Shown here piece by piece: positions 19,600 through 28,634 of a stretch of 64,000 bases of DNA (within the stretch, counting starts at the first letter, position 1; each line of letters begins with the position of its first letter). A program made the translations under genes and the position numbers. This stretch comes from a virus. The DNA lies in the IMG/VR virus record IMGVR_UViG_3300044837_000085, positions 1 to 64,000 of that record, one strand, 5' to 3'. Under the pieces are notes generated by a model. The model was not told where the DNA came from, did no database searches, and saw only the letters and a list, made by a program, of their open reading frames with translations.

Positions 19600-20265
19600 C
19601 CGCCAACGTGGCGCTGCCAGTAGCCGGTGAAATCCACCGACTTGCCGCGCTTCATCGCCAGCGCCGCTACGCGGCTCACCTGATCGCCATTCGAGACGCG
19701 GCGGTTATCCTCCCGCCATGAACTTTCCTGCGCATAGCGGAGCAGATACGCGCCAGCGATATGGTGGTGGATGCCGATTTCGGCGCGGCGCAGGCGGCTA
19801 AAATATTCTTCAGCTTGGTTCGTGCAGGCACCGTCAAGGCTGTAAGCCTCTTGATGGTTGATGCGCTTCATTTCAAACCGTTCATGAAGGCCATCCCAAG
19901 ACGCGGCTTCGTCGGCATGAACCGTTGTGCCCCTCGCGATGCGGGCGCGAATGAAGGCGGAGGCTTGGCTTTCGGTATTGAACACGGCGGGCACTGAGTT
20001 GCCGCCGCGCTCGCGGACCACAACCACGACCTTGCGCTTGCCGTTCTGGTTACGCTGCAAGCGGCGATCGCGGCGATAGTCCTTTTGGTTGGCGGGCTTC
20101 ACATAGCCGCCGAAATAGCCGCCATCAACCTCAGCGGTTTTGCCTTCACCGCCGACAACGCGGCCACGCATTTCCTCAGCCATTGCTTCGCGCAGCTTGT
20201 GCAGCAGAACGAAAGCACACTTATAGGAAACGTTCAGATCGCGAGAGAGCGCCAGCGCGGACTTG
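19596..20265 (-). pseudogene. IS1595 transposase, N-terminus missing
   Basis: KSALALSRDL..EVDGGYFGG..HADE..GYWQR, highly similar to 11405-12370; no Zn ribbon. Confidence 0.9.
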
Positions 20266-20686
20266 CAAGCGGCTGCGCGAAAATGACCCCATTCACCACC
20301 AAGAACTACTCGGTCGGCAACGCACTCGCGCGCAGCAACGAAAGGATGAGGCGGCAAAATATGTTTTCGATTATCTTTGTGACAATCCCTGCGTCGATTG
20401 CGGTGAGATCAATCCGCTCAAGCTGACGTTCGATCATGTTCGCGGGGTAAAGGTGTGCGATGTCAGCACGGCCCACACAACAAAGCGATGGCCGCTCGCG
20501 CTGGTGCGTGAGGAGATAAGCAAATGCGATGTTCGCTGCTGGAACTGCCATATGGAACGAACAGCCCGTTTGCGCGGATATCGGCGGGTCAAGCTTTGGG
20601 ATGAGCATTGCCGTAAGTTGGCACCGGGTGAAGGTAACGCTCCCTCGTCTTCGGTTTTGGAGACCGCTGCTCTGCTATTGAGCTAA
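20263..20686 (+). pseudogene. HNH endonuclease, 5' end missing
   Basis: PCVDCGE...TFDHVRG...EISKCDVRCWNCH. Confidence 0.7.
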
Positions 20687-20692
20687 CCCGAT
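20619..20692 (-). tRNA. tRNA-Trp(CCA)
   Basis: cloverleaf, anticodon loop CTCCAAA, encoded CCA; atypical T-loop AGCGTTA. Confidence 0.85.
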
Positions 20693-20696
20693 AAAA

Positions 20697-20773
20697 TGGT
20701 ACTGACGCAGTGATTCGAACACTTTCCACGAGATTCACAGTCCCGCTGCTCATTGCCATCGAGCATCGTCAGC
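20697..20773 (-). tRNA. tRNA-His(GTG)
   Basis: loop CTGTGAA, TTCGAAT T-loop, A73, no encoded G-1. Confidence 0.85.
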
Positions 20774-20774
20774 A

Positions 20775-20845
20775 TGGTCGCGAACGCGCGTGTCGATCGC
20801 GCCTGACAGCCGTATGAAAACCGTTTCCTCGCCGGAGGGATCGCG
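20775..20845 (-). tRNA. tRNA-Met/Ile2(CAT), atypical
   Basis: loop TTCATAC, short D-arm, encoded CCA. Confidence 0.7.
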
Positions 20846-20852
20846 TTGATTT

Positions 20853-20926
20853 TGGCAGCCGGTGACTGAATCGAACAGTCGTTCCAGGATTCAAAGTCCC
20901 GTCTCTTGCCACTAAAGGAACCGGCC
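20853..20926 (-). tRNA. tRNA-Gln(TTG)
   Basis: loop CTTTGAA, TTCGATT, encoded CCA. Confidence 0.85.
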
Positions 20927-20931
20927 ATAAT

Positions 20932-21006
20932 TGGTAGAGCCTGCGGGTGCCGACCCCGCTCCTGCGACTTGAAAGGCCGCGATCCTAGCCGATAGACGAA
21001 GGCTCC
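20932..21006 (-). tRNA. tRNA-Glu(TTC)
   Basis: loop CTTTCAA, encoded CCA. Confidence 0.85.
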
Positions 21007-21011
21007 ATGAA

Positions 21012-21086
21012 TGGCGCGGACTGCGTGAATCGAACACGCTTCACTAGGTTGGAAGCCTAGGGCAACAGCCAATATACCAAGCCCGC
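21012..21086 (-). tRNA. tRNA-Gly(TCC)
   Basis: loop CTTCCAA, TTCGATT, encoded CCA. Confidence 0.9.
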
Positions 21087-21796
21087 ATTGAATTGGCGGA
21101 GTAGGGCGAGAACGATTCGTGAAGCGGCAATGTCCGAGTATATGCCGGAGACGGCTCCTTGCGCCAATCGCGCGGTGTCGGCTGGGTCTGGAACATTTCA
21201 TCATGAGCGGCCTGCATAGCCCGAACGTTGGACTCCACATTAACCACCGTCTTCTTCTTTGAAGTTGATTCCCAACTCGACGAATCAATCCAGCCTCCTC
21301 TCCCGCCATTGTGCCAGTCTTGAAACTGGTGACTCTCATAAAAATCAGACGATGGAGTTTTGATATTTCCGTGATTGTAATCTCGCTGCGACGGTCTCCC
21401 GAAAGTCATCGCCACTTCGGCATCCTTCGGGCGAACCGGACACCAATGCCATCCATAGCCAAGTGGATTATCCTTGGCCGCGATGTCATCCATGTACGAC
21501 ACAACTTCCTGATGATTAAATGTCGGAATGTCGTGCTTCGAGAGAAACAACCGAAACTCCTCGACCATGATGTCTTGAGACGACAGGCCGATGGCTTCTG
21601 CGGTCTCGAGGTAGTCCGCGATTTGCGCCTCATGCATCACGGCATGGTCAACGCGCGGAGAAATCTTTTTTGGAGCACTCTCCAGACGCTGAGTTACCTG
21701 CGGTGCCTCAATGGTAGCGACCAAGCCACCGGCACTCTCCATGCCGGTCCACTTACCAGAATCAACTACTTGCGATTTTCGATCAAACAAACCCAT
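21044..21796 (-). CDS. hypothetical phage protein, 3' end runs into tRNA cluster
   Basis: 250-aa ORF with ggaga RBS. Confidence 0.6.
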   Translation of the reverse strand: MGLFDRKSQVVDSGKWTGMESAGGLVATIEAPQVTQRLESAPKKISPRVDHAVMHEAQIADYLETAEAIGLSSQDIMVEEFRLFLSKHDIPTFNHQEVVSYMDDIAAKDNPLGYGWHWCPVRPKDAEVAMTFGRPSQRDYNHGNIKTPSSDFYESHQFQDWHNGGRGGWIDSSSWESTSKKKTVVNVESNVRAMQAAHDEMFQTQPTPRDWRKEPSPAYTRTLPLHESFSPYSANSMRAWYIGCCPRLPT

Positions 21797-22013
21797 AGCT
21801 CATTCTCCCTTGGTTAGACTTCAAACACGCGCCATTCGACCCATGTCAAAACGGCGTTTACGCCAGCAAGAAACGAATTGATAGCAACGAGACCATAGGA
21901 ACCATTCGACCACGATAGAGAGCCGAGTAGCACAGCCACTAGAAAAGCGAGCGGAGCGCCAATGCGCAGACTCATCAGAAGTACAGTTTGAGCCTGACCT
22001 TCGACCTTAATCT

Positions 22014-22238
22014 TCATAGACTACCCTCCCTCAACTCTCCCGTTTCAACGAACCGATACAACAGCCGAATCAGGTCCGCCGCCATTTGCTGTGTGAGGTG
22101 CATCCTTTCATTATCGACGCCAAGCCAGATGCAATATTCAGTCGCGATAGAACTTTCCTGGATGCTACAGTCCTTTCCGTAGCGATCCTTGAATTCCCCT
22201 CGCATAAAGCCGCGCTCGGTTGGCGCTAGATCAATCAT
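22014..22238 (-). CDS. hypothetical phage protein
   Basis: FKDRYG..CSIQESS.ATE.CIWLG..RMHLT phage-type motif. Confidence 0.75.
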   Translation of the reverse strand: MIDLAPTERGFMRGEFKDRYGKDCSIQESSIATEYCIWLGVDNERMHLTQQMAADLIRLLYRFVETGELREGSL

Positions 22239-23198
22239 GCTGTCTTCACCTTATCCGCCTTTAGGCGGGGAGGTTTTATCATTCGCCGCTACACTTCTGT
22301 GTGACGACGACAACGATCCCCATCCACTGCGCAATCTTAAATGCAATAAATAGGAGCGTTCCGTTGGCCGCCTGTCTACCAGCCCAACCGGACCACGTTT
22401 CTCCTTCTGGTTTTAGCCAAGTGGATGCTGAATTGCTCACTTCAGTTCTCCCGTCTCAACGAACCGCCACTCTCATTCAAAACCGCAAATTCGATATCTC
22501 TCCATTTCGTTTCAGGTGGGCCATCTTGCTTCCACCGTTCATAAAGCGACCTGTAAAATGGCAACCGCTCTACTGGCTTTAGTTCACTCCAGCACTGTTC
22601 GCAAAGTGGAAACATTCCGCGACCATCTGCATATTCCGTTGAGTGGCCTTCAACGAAATGCCAATTCGTATGACATCTGCTACACGCGCTATATCCTGGC
22701 GCGAACCAATCGCTGATGCGACCGATGCGCAGTTTGAAAACCACCTTGAGCCAGTAAAGCGGTTTCCACTTGGCGCACGACGGGCATAGTTGGGTCTGAC
22801 ACCATGCGCTCCCGTCATCGCTCAGGACGAAAACAGGCGTTAGCCACTTCGCTTGGATAACATCCCGCTCTTCGTCGATACCGCACCCGTGACAGGCGCA
22901 GGTAATACGGATTCGCCATGACCGCGGTTCTTCGCCATCGTCGCGCTTCCCGAACGTTCCGTGCATTACACCCTCCCCTGCCGTCTACTCGCAACCGCTT
23001 TCACCAATCGCCTAACCCCAGCAGGATCGTTGACCGATACTTTGTTTATCACGACCGGCGTCGGTTCCTTGATCGGGATTATCGTCCATGGCGTACAGAA
23101 GTCGCCGTCTCCCTGATCTGTTCCGAAACTCGCCGCTTCCTCTGCGGTTTTGAATGGGCCATGCAGAAGTCCTAGATATGAAACTACGAACATTGTCG

Positions 23199-23873
23199 TC
23201 AGCCTCTCTTTTGAACACCTCGATAAATTTTATCCCTCGTCGCATGAACTACTTTAGACCCACCTCTATCTGGAGGTGGAGCGTCTGTTACTTTTGCTTT
23301 TTCGGTTCGGATATTTCGAATGGGTCGAATTTCTTCGCCCGTCTTCGCGTCCGTTTTTGTTTTCGAGTCGGGCCACCACATATCCGCAAGCGCATCGAGT
23401 CCGTTTCTGAATTTCCACCCCGCTTGGCGAACGTATGGCGTCCACTCGCCATCGAATCTTGGATCATACAATTCGCGAGCCGCAGATTCGATCGACATTC
23501 CCAAAACCGTCACGCGATGAACAATTGCAAAATCGCGCGGATACAAACGTCTCTTGGCTTCGCTCACGGTTTCCGCAGCGAGTAGAAATGTCAGGGCTGG
23601 TGTCGGAGATAATCCTGACGATCCCCTAGCTCTATCAAAGTCCATTGATCCACCGGACGAAGCATAAGTCATATCGTGCGCGCAGCGATATCGATCGCCG
23701 GCCGCGTATTGCAGTTGAGATATCTGCCGACGATTAAACATCGATGTTAAACTATCCGAAACTCGATCGACGATTTCAGTAGATCCATCGAGTCGAGGAT
23801 GACTTACTTCATCACGCTCAGTCCTTGGTCTCGCAGTAGGCTTGGTCTCGCGCTTACGTTTAGTATTTGCCAA
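23199..23873 (-). CDS. phage transcriptional regulator-like protein (DUF6456-like)
   Basis: ISQLQYAAGDRYR...GMSIESAAR...FRNGLDALAD; probable TTG start after aggga. Confidence 0.6.
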   Translation of the reverse strand: MANTKRKRETKPTARPRTERDEVSHPRLDGSTEIVDRVSDSLTSMFNRRQISQLQYAAGDRYRCAHDMTYASSGGSMDFDRARGSSGLSPTPALTFLLAAETVSEAKRRLYPRDFAIVHRVTVLGMSIESAARELYDPRFDGEWTPYVRQAGWKFRNGLDALADMWWPDSKTKTDAKTGEEIRPIRNIRTEKAKVTDAPPPDRGGSKVVHATRDKIYRGVQKRG

Positions 23874-23914
23874 AAGCGTATTCCCTGATTTCAAACTTCT
23901 TTGGTCGAATACGC

Positions 23915-24181
23915 TGACCGAACCTGCCGTGCCATGCCTCACCTAAACGCGCCGATACCCGGCCTAAGCTTAACTCTCCCCACCGCACCTGCCACAACCA
24001 CACCCATCCTGACCGCACCTGCCGTTACCTACCTCAACACATCGCACCGCATCGCGCCGTGCCCTACCGAACCCCACCTGCCTGACCAGACCATTCCGAA
24101 CCTTTCCTTGCCAAGACGGACCCCACCTCACCTTGCCAGACCGGGCCGGACCAAATCATCGCCCGCCTTACCTGCCTCACC
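23915..24181 (-). ncRNA. 5-nt periodic GGY-NN array, putative guide-RNA locus
   Basis: 49 units all starting with G, 35 starting GGY, variable NN; five GGCA punctuation units. Confidence 0.75.
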
Positions 24182-24190
24182 TAGAAGGAT

Positions 24191-24214
24191 GCGCGCCGCC
24201 CGTAGGCAGCGCGC
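24191..24214 (-). promoter_or_regulatory. 10-bp GC hairpin with cUACGg tetraloop between RAMP stop codon and array
   Basis: gcgcgctgcc-tacg-ggcggcgcgc. Confidence 0.7.
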
Positions 24215-24221
24215 GTTATCG

Positions 24222-25068
24222 TTATTGGTTTGCCGAAGCGCCGTTCTGCTTGCCCTTCGCCTTGATCGCCGGAAGTTTCTTCATCGCAGCGCTGACTTCA
24301 TCGGACGGAACAACCTTCTCGCGGTTCTTTACTTCCTGCTGGAACCAAGTCAGCAGCTCCTCGGTTTCCGCATCGTAAGTATCTGCGTCTGCGATGGCCT
24401 TGATCTGAGCCGCCCGTCCTTGCGTCTTTTTTTTTTTCACAATGCGGATGAACTCCTCGTCGCGGTCATCGGCTACGCGGAATTTGCCGTAACTCATTCC
24501 CTTTTGCGGACGACCGTCGCCTATGCCAACAATGATGCCGGCGGCGGCAAGGAGGTTGATGACCTGACGCTCCTTGATTAGGCTGGACACGAACGAAACC
24601 TCGATCGTGCAAGCCCACTCAGGGAAGATCGCACGAGTCCGGACGTCCGGCGTCCGCGCCATATCACTGGAGCGGACCATCGCCATGTGAAGCTTTGGAA
24701 CGCCGAACACATTGATCTGCGTCCACGCTTGTCAGGCGAAGCATCTGACTTTTCGACGCGTCAGGAATATCGAGCGCGGCGTTGGCAATCGCCTTTGAGA
24801 AGGTTTCGGACGGTAGATGAACGCGCGAAGGCGTACTGTCATCCCGATTCAGGTAGATCGTATCACGGAATTCAGAGATCGGGTCGTGCTTCAGGTTCGA
24901 TGCTTTTTCAGCCCGGTTGACCGGACCTTTCGGCATCAACAATTCCCGCCGCGCCTTTGCACTGAAGCGGTGCATCAGCAGCGGCGTCGTTCCAACGATA
25001 TTGCAACGCAGACGACCCATTGAGATTTCCTGTATCTCGATTGCCGCTGTCTCTTTCTGTTTAGCCAT
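24222..25068 (-). CDS. stand-alone RAMP / Cas7-like RNA-binding protein (about 282 aa), frameshifted near 24722
   Basis: IVGTTPLLMH first strand, HLPSETFSKAI, C-terminal G-rich loop AGIIVGIGDGRPQKGMSYGKFRV; two overlapping ORF halves. Confidence 0.7.
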
Positions 25069-25394
25069 TGTCATTGTCTCCATCAGCGCTCGGCGCTAGC
25101 AGGCCCCGAGCACAAGGGTTCGTTTTCACGAAACCGAGCGCCGATGAAGCGATCGATTGTCGTGCTCTGACCGCGCTGCTAGACGCGGGTTCAAATTGTT
25201 CAAAACTCATATTCACTCTCACAAAAGTTTCTGCGGCAACTTCGTCTTCATCCACTTCACCGCACAATCGATGCTGCAGAAGTCCACACCGAACGCAAAG
25301 GGTGCCTGCGGTATTTCAATCGATAAGCATATAGGCCCGTAGAGATCGCCTACCGGCTTCTCGCATTGATCGCAGCGAAATTTGGTCTCGCGGC

Positions 25395-25589
25395 TCATAC
25401 GGCTCGCTTCGCGATCTGATACCCAATAACGAACGCCGCAACCTTGACCCGGCTCCGTCCCGCTTCTTCATGTGCGAGCCGGATCAGCTTCTGAGTGACA
25501 CCGAGTTTCTTGGCGAGGTATTTTATCTCATGCTTCTCGCTGGAGAGAAGCTTGCGGTCCATTTTGTGTGTTCGCTTCTTCATTGTCAT
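25395..25589 (-). CDS. DUF3606-like small protein
   Basis: DR.....EKHEIKYLAKKLGVT...IR.A....GRSR.KV. Confidence 0.65.
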   Translation of the reverse strand: MTMKKRTHKMDRKLLSSEKHEIKYLAKKLGVTQKLIRLAHEEAGRSRVKVAAFVIGYQIAKRAV

Positions 25590-26365
25590 GATCCTTCCGT
25601 TTTAATTATCCAATAGTCCGATCCGTACTTCGATGATCCGAGATAGGCTTGCGGTATGAAGCAGTCACCCTTGCTCCCCCACGTCGCGCTCCACGAATTT
25701 CGTGCCGTGAAGTGATTGGCATGCTGGTTGTAGCCGCAAATATAAACGCAATGTCCGCCCAACATCGCTTCTCCGGTCTTCGGCATCGGCACGATTCCGG
25801 TAGATGCAACAGCATCGCTCTCGAAACTCTCGAATACCGCGAACCCGACGATCACCGGATATCCAGCAGCAAGCGCAGACTTGATGGCGTAGGTTGATAT
25901 CGCTACGCGCTCGTAGCTGATCGCGCGAAACTTCACCGCATCCGCATAAGCGCTCGCTGGCGGCTTGGTTTTGAATTTACCAATCGAGTACGGCCACAGC
26001 TTCTCATGTGCGACGCCAATTTTAGCGGCGCATTTGATCCCATCACGGATCGATGCGCCCGCATCTGATTGAACCGTGCCCTCCATGTTGCGTTCGTCGT
26101 AGTAAAGCTGGAGGCGCGACATGGGAAAATCTTTTTGGCCGGCGTTGATCAGCGCGTGACGAAGCGCGCCGGTTATGCCGTGGCTTGTGCAAGCGCCCAG
26201 GGCACCTTGGTCCATCACTGGCGGGCAATGCGCGCGTAAATCCACAACTGCCGGAATTCTCGCCACAGTCGGCACGTAGAGATGATCGCGCGGATCGCGT
26301 AAATCTCTGATGCAGCCGTACCAGGCGTTGCGATGTTCCGATTTGGTGGTCTTTGATGAAGTCAT
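25586..26365 (-). CDS. C1 (papain-like) cysteine peptidase
   Basis: VDLR, DQGALGACT, GGHCV, RNSW catalytic motifs. Confidence 0.9.
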   Translation of the reverse strand: MTSSKTTKSEHRNAWYGCIRDLRDPRDHLYVPTVARIPAVVDLRAHCPPVMDQGALGACTSHGITGALRHALINAGQKDFPMSRLQLYYDERNMEGTVQSDAGASIRDGIKCAAKIGVAHEKLWPYSIGKFKTKPPASAYADAVKFRAISYERVAISTYAIKSALAAGYPVIVGFAVFESFESDAVASTGIVPMPKTGEAMLGGHCVYICGYNQHANHFTARNSWSATWGSKGDCFIPQAYLGSSKYGSDYWIIKTEGS

Positions 26366-26842
26366 GACGATGTTTCCTCTGGTGAGATCAAAGCCCTCGC
26401 ATTTATTGTTGCTGTCGTATCGGAATATCCAGCAGCTTCCCACGTCCGGTAAAAGGCGCACATCTTGCCGCGTTCGAATTCATTCCTGACGCCACCGTGA
26501 AGGCATTCTGTTAATTCACGATCGATAAATGTCTTGAGGTCTTGGCGATATCGCTCGCGTCGATATCCGCGCTTGAACTCGCCGATGAAATCTCGGAACG
26601 CGCTCACGCTGCACTCTCCGGTTTGCATCCTTTTGCGTCGTAATTTTCCAACGCGAGTTTTACGAGTATTCGATCTCCGGACCTCGCCGCAGCAATGACG
26701 GACAACATCCGGTAGTAGTGATCGGCGTAGACGGTTTGAAGCGCGGGCTCGCCTACTCTCATTGACCACATCGGAGCTGGTGCCATCTCTACCGCTTTCG
26801 GTAGTTCAAATCGTTTATAGTTCTTTGGAATTTTGAAGGGCT

Positions 26843-27139
26843 TCACGCAGCATTCTCCGCACCTGATGGAGCGAATAGCGCGCAGAAGAAGTTAGGCCCG
26901 GTTATCAACTGAGCCACATACTCGCTACCGTCTTGGACGTAGGCCCGCGAGGCTCTGAGAGCGTCTTGCCTGACTTGCTGAAACTCTTCAGCGCGCTTGG
27001 GTGATGCCTCGTCAGTGATCTCCCAGCGCTCGCGGACAGCCTTACAGATATGGAAGCCAACAGCTTTGGCCTCCCAATCGTAACCATCATCGTCTACACC
27101 CCAATGGCGGCATTTATCGCAACGCGGTGCTTCACTCAT
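26843..27139 (-). CDS. hypothetical phage protein
   Basis: CDKCRHW...TGPNFFCALF. Confidence 0.6.
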   Translation of the reverse strand: MSEAPRCDKCRHWGVDDDGYDWEAKAVGFHICKAVRERWEITDEASPKRAEEFQQVRQDALRASRAYVQDGSEYVAQLITGPNFFCALFAPSGAENAA

Positions 27140-28104
27140 GCCGCAGCCTCATCGTCAGAGGATCCGACACGTTCGCCGAAATCATTGAAACCTTCAGCCC
27201 AGAGCGTCGCGAAGTACCAACCGCGGCGCCCGGTAACCCGGCCGTTTTCATCTTTGTGATCGCAAATCTGTGTGCCGTGCCCGGTTCGCTCAAACGAGAC
27301 AGTTTGGTGCGAATTCCATTCTTCGGTGCCCTCGTCTACCCAGACCTTTCCGTTCGACACGATCTGTAGATGGGGAATCAGTTCGTGAGCTGACATCACA
27401 GCGCTATCGCAATAGACCAGCGAGACCATGTCTTCTTTTCGATTAAGCAGCGGCGTACAGGCCGTGGAAATCGTATTTGGCGAAATGCCGGCGGCGAGCC
27501 AGACATCGATCTGATTGAGATCGGGGACCGACCACTTCTTCCCAGATCGGATCGCTGCCAACATCACGCGAAGTGCAAGTGCCTGTTTTTCATGGCCTTC
27601 GTCCAATTCAACCGCCTCTGCAGCCGCAGTGGCTTTGGAAGTGGAATTTGGTTCTTGCTTCTTTGTTTTATCCCTAGGCTTTTTGGGAGGGTTAACCCCA
27701 CCCTTATCATCATTAATCAATTCAGGATTACCACCAGTTGAACCCCAGTCCTTTGCCTGTTGCGCCTTAGCTCGATCTCGAACCATCTTCCTAGAATAGA
27801 TCACCTTGTCTTCGGTGCGGCTGTAAACTCCGGCAACTTCGAGCTCGCACATATATTTCATGACTTCAGGCAGACCGATGCCAGCAAGTTGAGCCAACTG
27901 CTTGTTACTGACGGCGATGCCGTTGTTGATCAGATGCCCGTATGGCTCAGCGTCGTGCATGATGCATAGCATCTCCATCCACAGGCCGCGGGCGCCGATT
28001 GTGCAAAGGCGCAGCTTCGTATTCCCTCGCCAGTTAGCCGGGAAAAACTTGAACCAAGGATGCTTGTCTTTAGGCTTCGCCACTATAGCTTGCTCTCTGC
28101 CCAT
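27136..28104 (-). CDS. phage replication initiator-like protein
   Basis: PWFKFFPANWRG...ARGLWMEMLCIMH...IYSRKMVRD...GGNP. Confidence 0.75.
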   Translation of the reverse strand: MGREQAIVAKPKDKHPWFKFFPANWRGNTKLRLCTIGARGLWMEMLCIMHDAEPYGHLINNGIAVSNKQLAQLAGIGLPEVMKYMCELEVAGVYSRTEDKVIYSRKMVRDRAKAQQAKDWGSTGGNPELINDDKGGVNPPKKPRDKTKKQEPNSTSKATAAAEAVELDEGHEKQALALRVMLAAIRSGKKWSVPDLNQIDVWLAAGISPNTISTACTPLLNRKEDMVSLVYCDSAVMSAHELIPHLQIVSNGKVWVDEGTEEWNSHQTVSFERTGHGTQICDHKDENGRVTGRRGWYFATLWAEGFNDFGERVGSSDDEAAA

Positions 28105-28634
28105 TCGATGACCTGTTTGGCGCAACCGAGTGGATCTCGCCAAAGTTCAGACCCGGTAAATCTGAAAATCTCATAACCGTTTTCTTGAGCCTCGCGGTCG
28201 CGAGCGCGATCCTTTGCTGCTTGCTCTTTTGTTCGTTCGTGGAAGTCGTGGCCGTCGCACTCGACAATAAGCTTCTTCCAGCCAACGACTCCGGCCCCTG
28301 GATTTCGAAGCCAACTGGCATGCGCGTGAACGATGAAATCGACACGCCAATCTGGAAGCTGCGCCTGCTTCTCGACTATGAGCCATTCACTGGCGTCTTT
28401 ACGAGTTTTGTAGCGTTCGATATTCTCGCTCTTAACGAACACCGCCTTGGTGTACCAAGTGTCCTTTACGTATTCGAGCCGTAAAACGACGGCCGTAAAT
28501 AGAAGCCTCTCGATTGGAGTGTCGCCGTAGTTAGCTAAACCTTCTCCCTTACTACCGCACCTGAATGCCACAGCGCCTGCAACATGGTCTAATATCTGTT
28601 GTTGAAGCAGTTCAAATCCAAAAACCTTTTCCAT
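28083..28634 (-). CDS. DUF559/Vsr-like endonuclease
   Basis: RVDF, IVECDGHDFHE, DRARDR, RFTGSE. Confidence 0.8.
   Translation of the reverse strand: MEKVFGFELLQQQILDHVAGAVAFRCGSKGEGLANYGDTPIERLLFTAVVLRLEYVKDTWYTKAVFVKSENIERYKTRKDASEWLIVEKQAQLPDWRVDFIVHAHASWLRNPGAGVVGWKKLIVECDGHDFHERTKEQAAKDRARDREAQENGYEIFRFTGSELWRDPLGCAKQVIEWAESKL

Larger units (their letters stand above)
17757..20265 (-). mobile_element. partial IS1595 transporter element (one end, passengers, 5'-truncated transposase)
   Basis: end cggtattatggcgcaaacgccac resembles the TIR of the 10202 element; same end-proximal accessory gene. Confidence 0.75.

Noticed and set aside
23915-24181. Classical CRISPR array
   Set aside because: No 25-40 bp repeats with unique spacers; the period is 5 nt
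23901-24581. 226-aa + strand Pro/Thr-rich ORF over the array
   Set aside because: Antisense to the operon and to the RAMP gene; its composition is a by-product of the CC-periodic array
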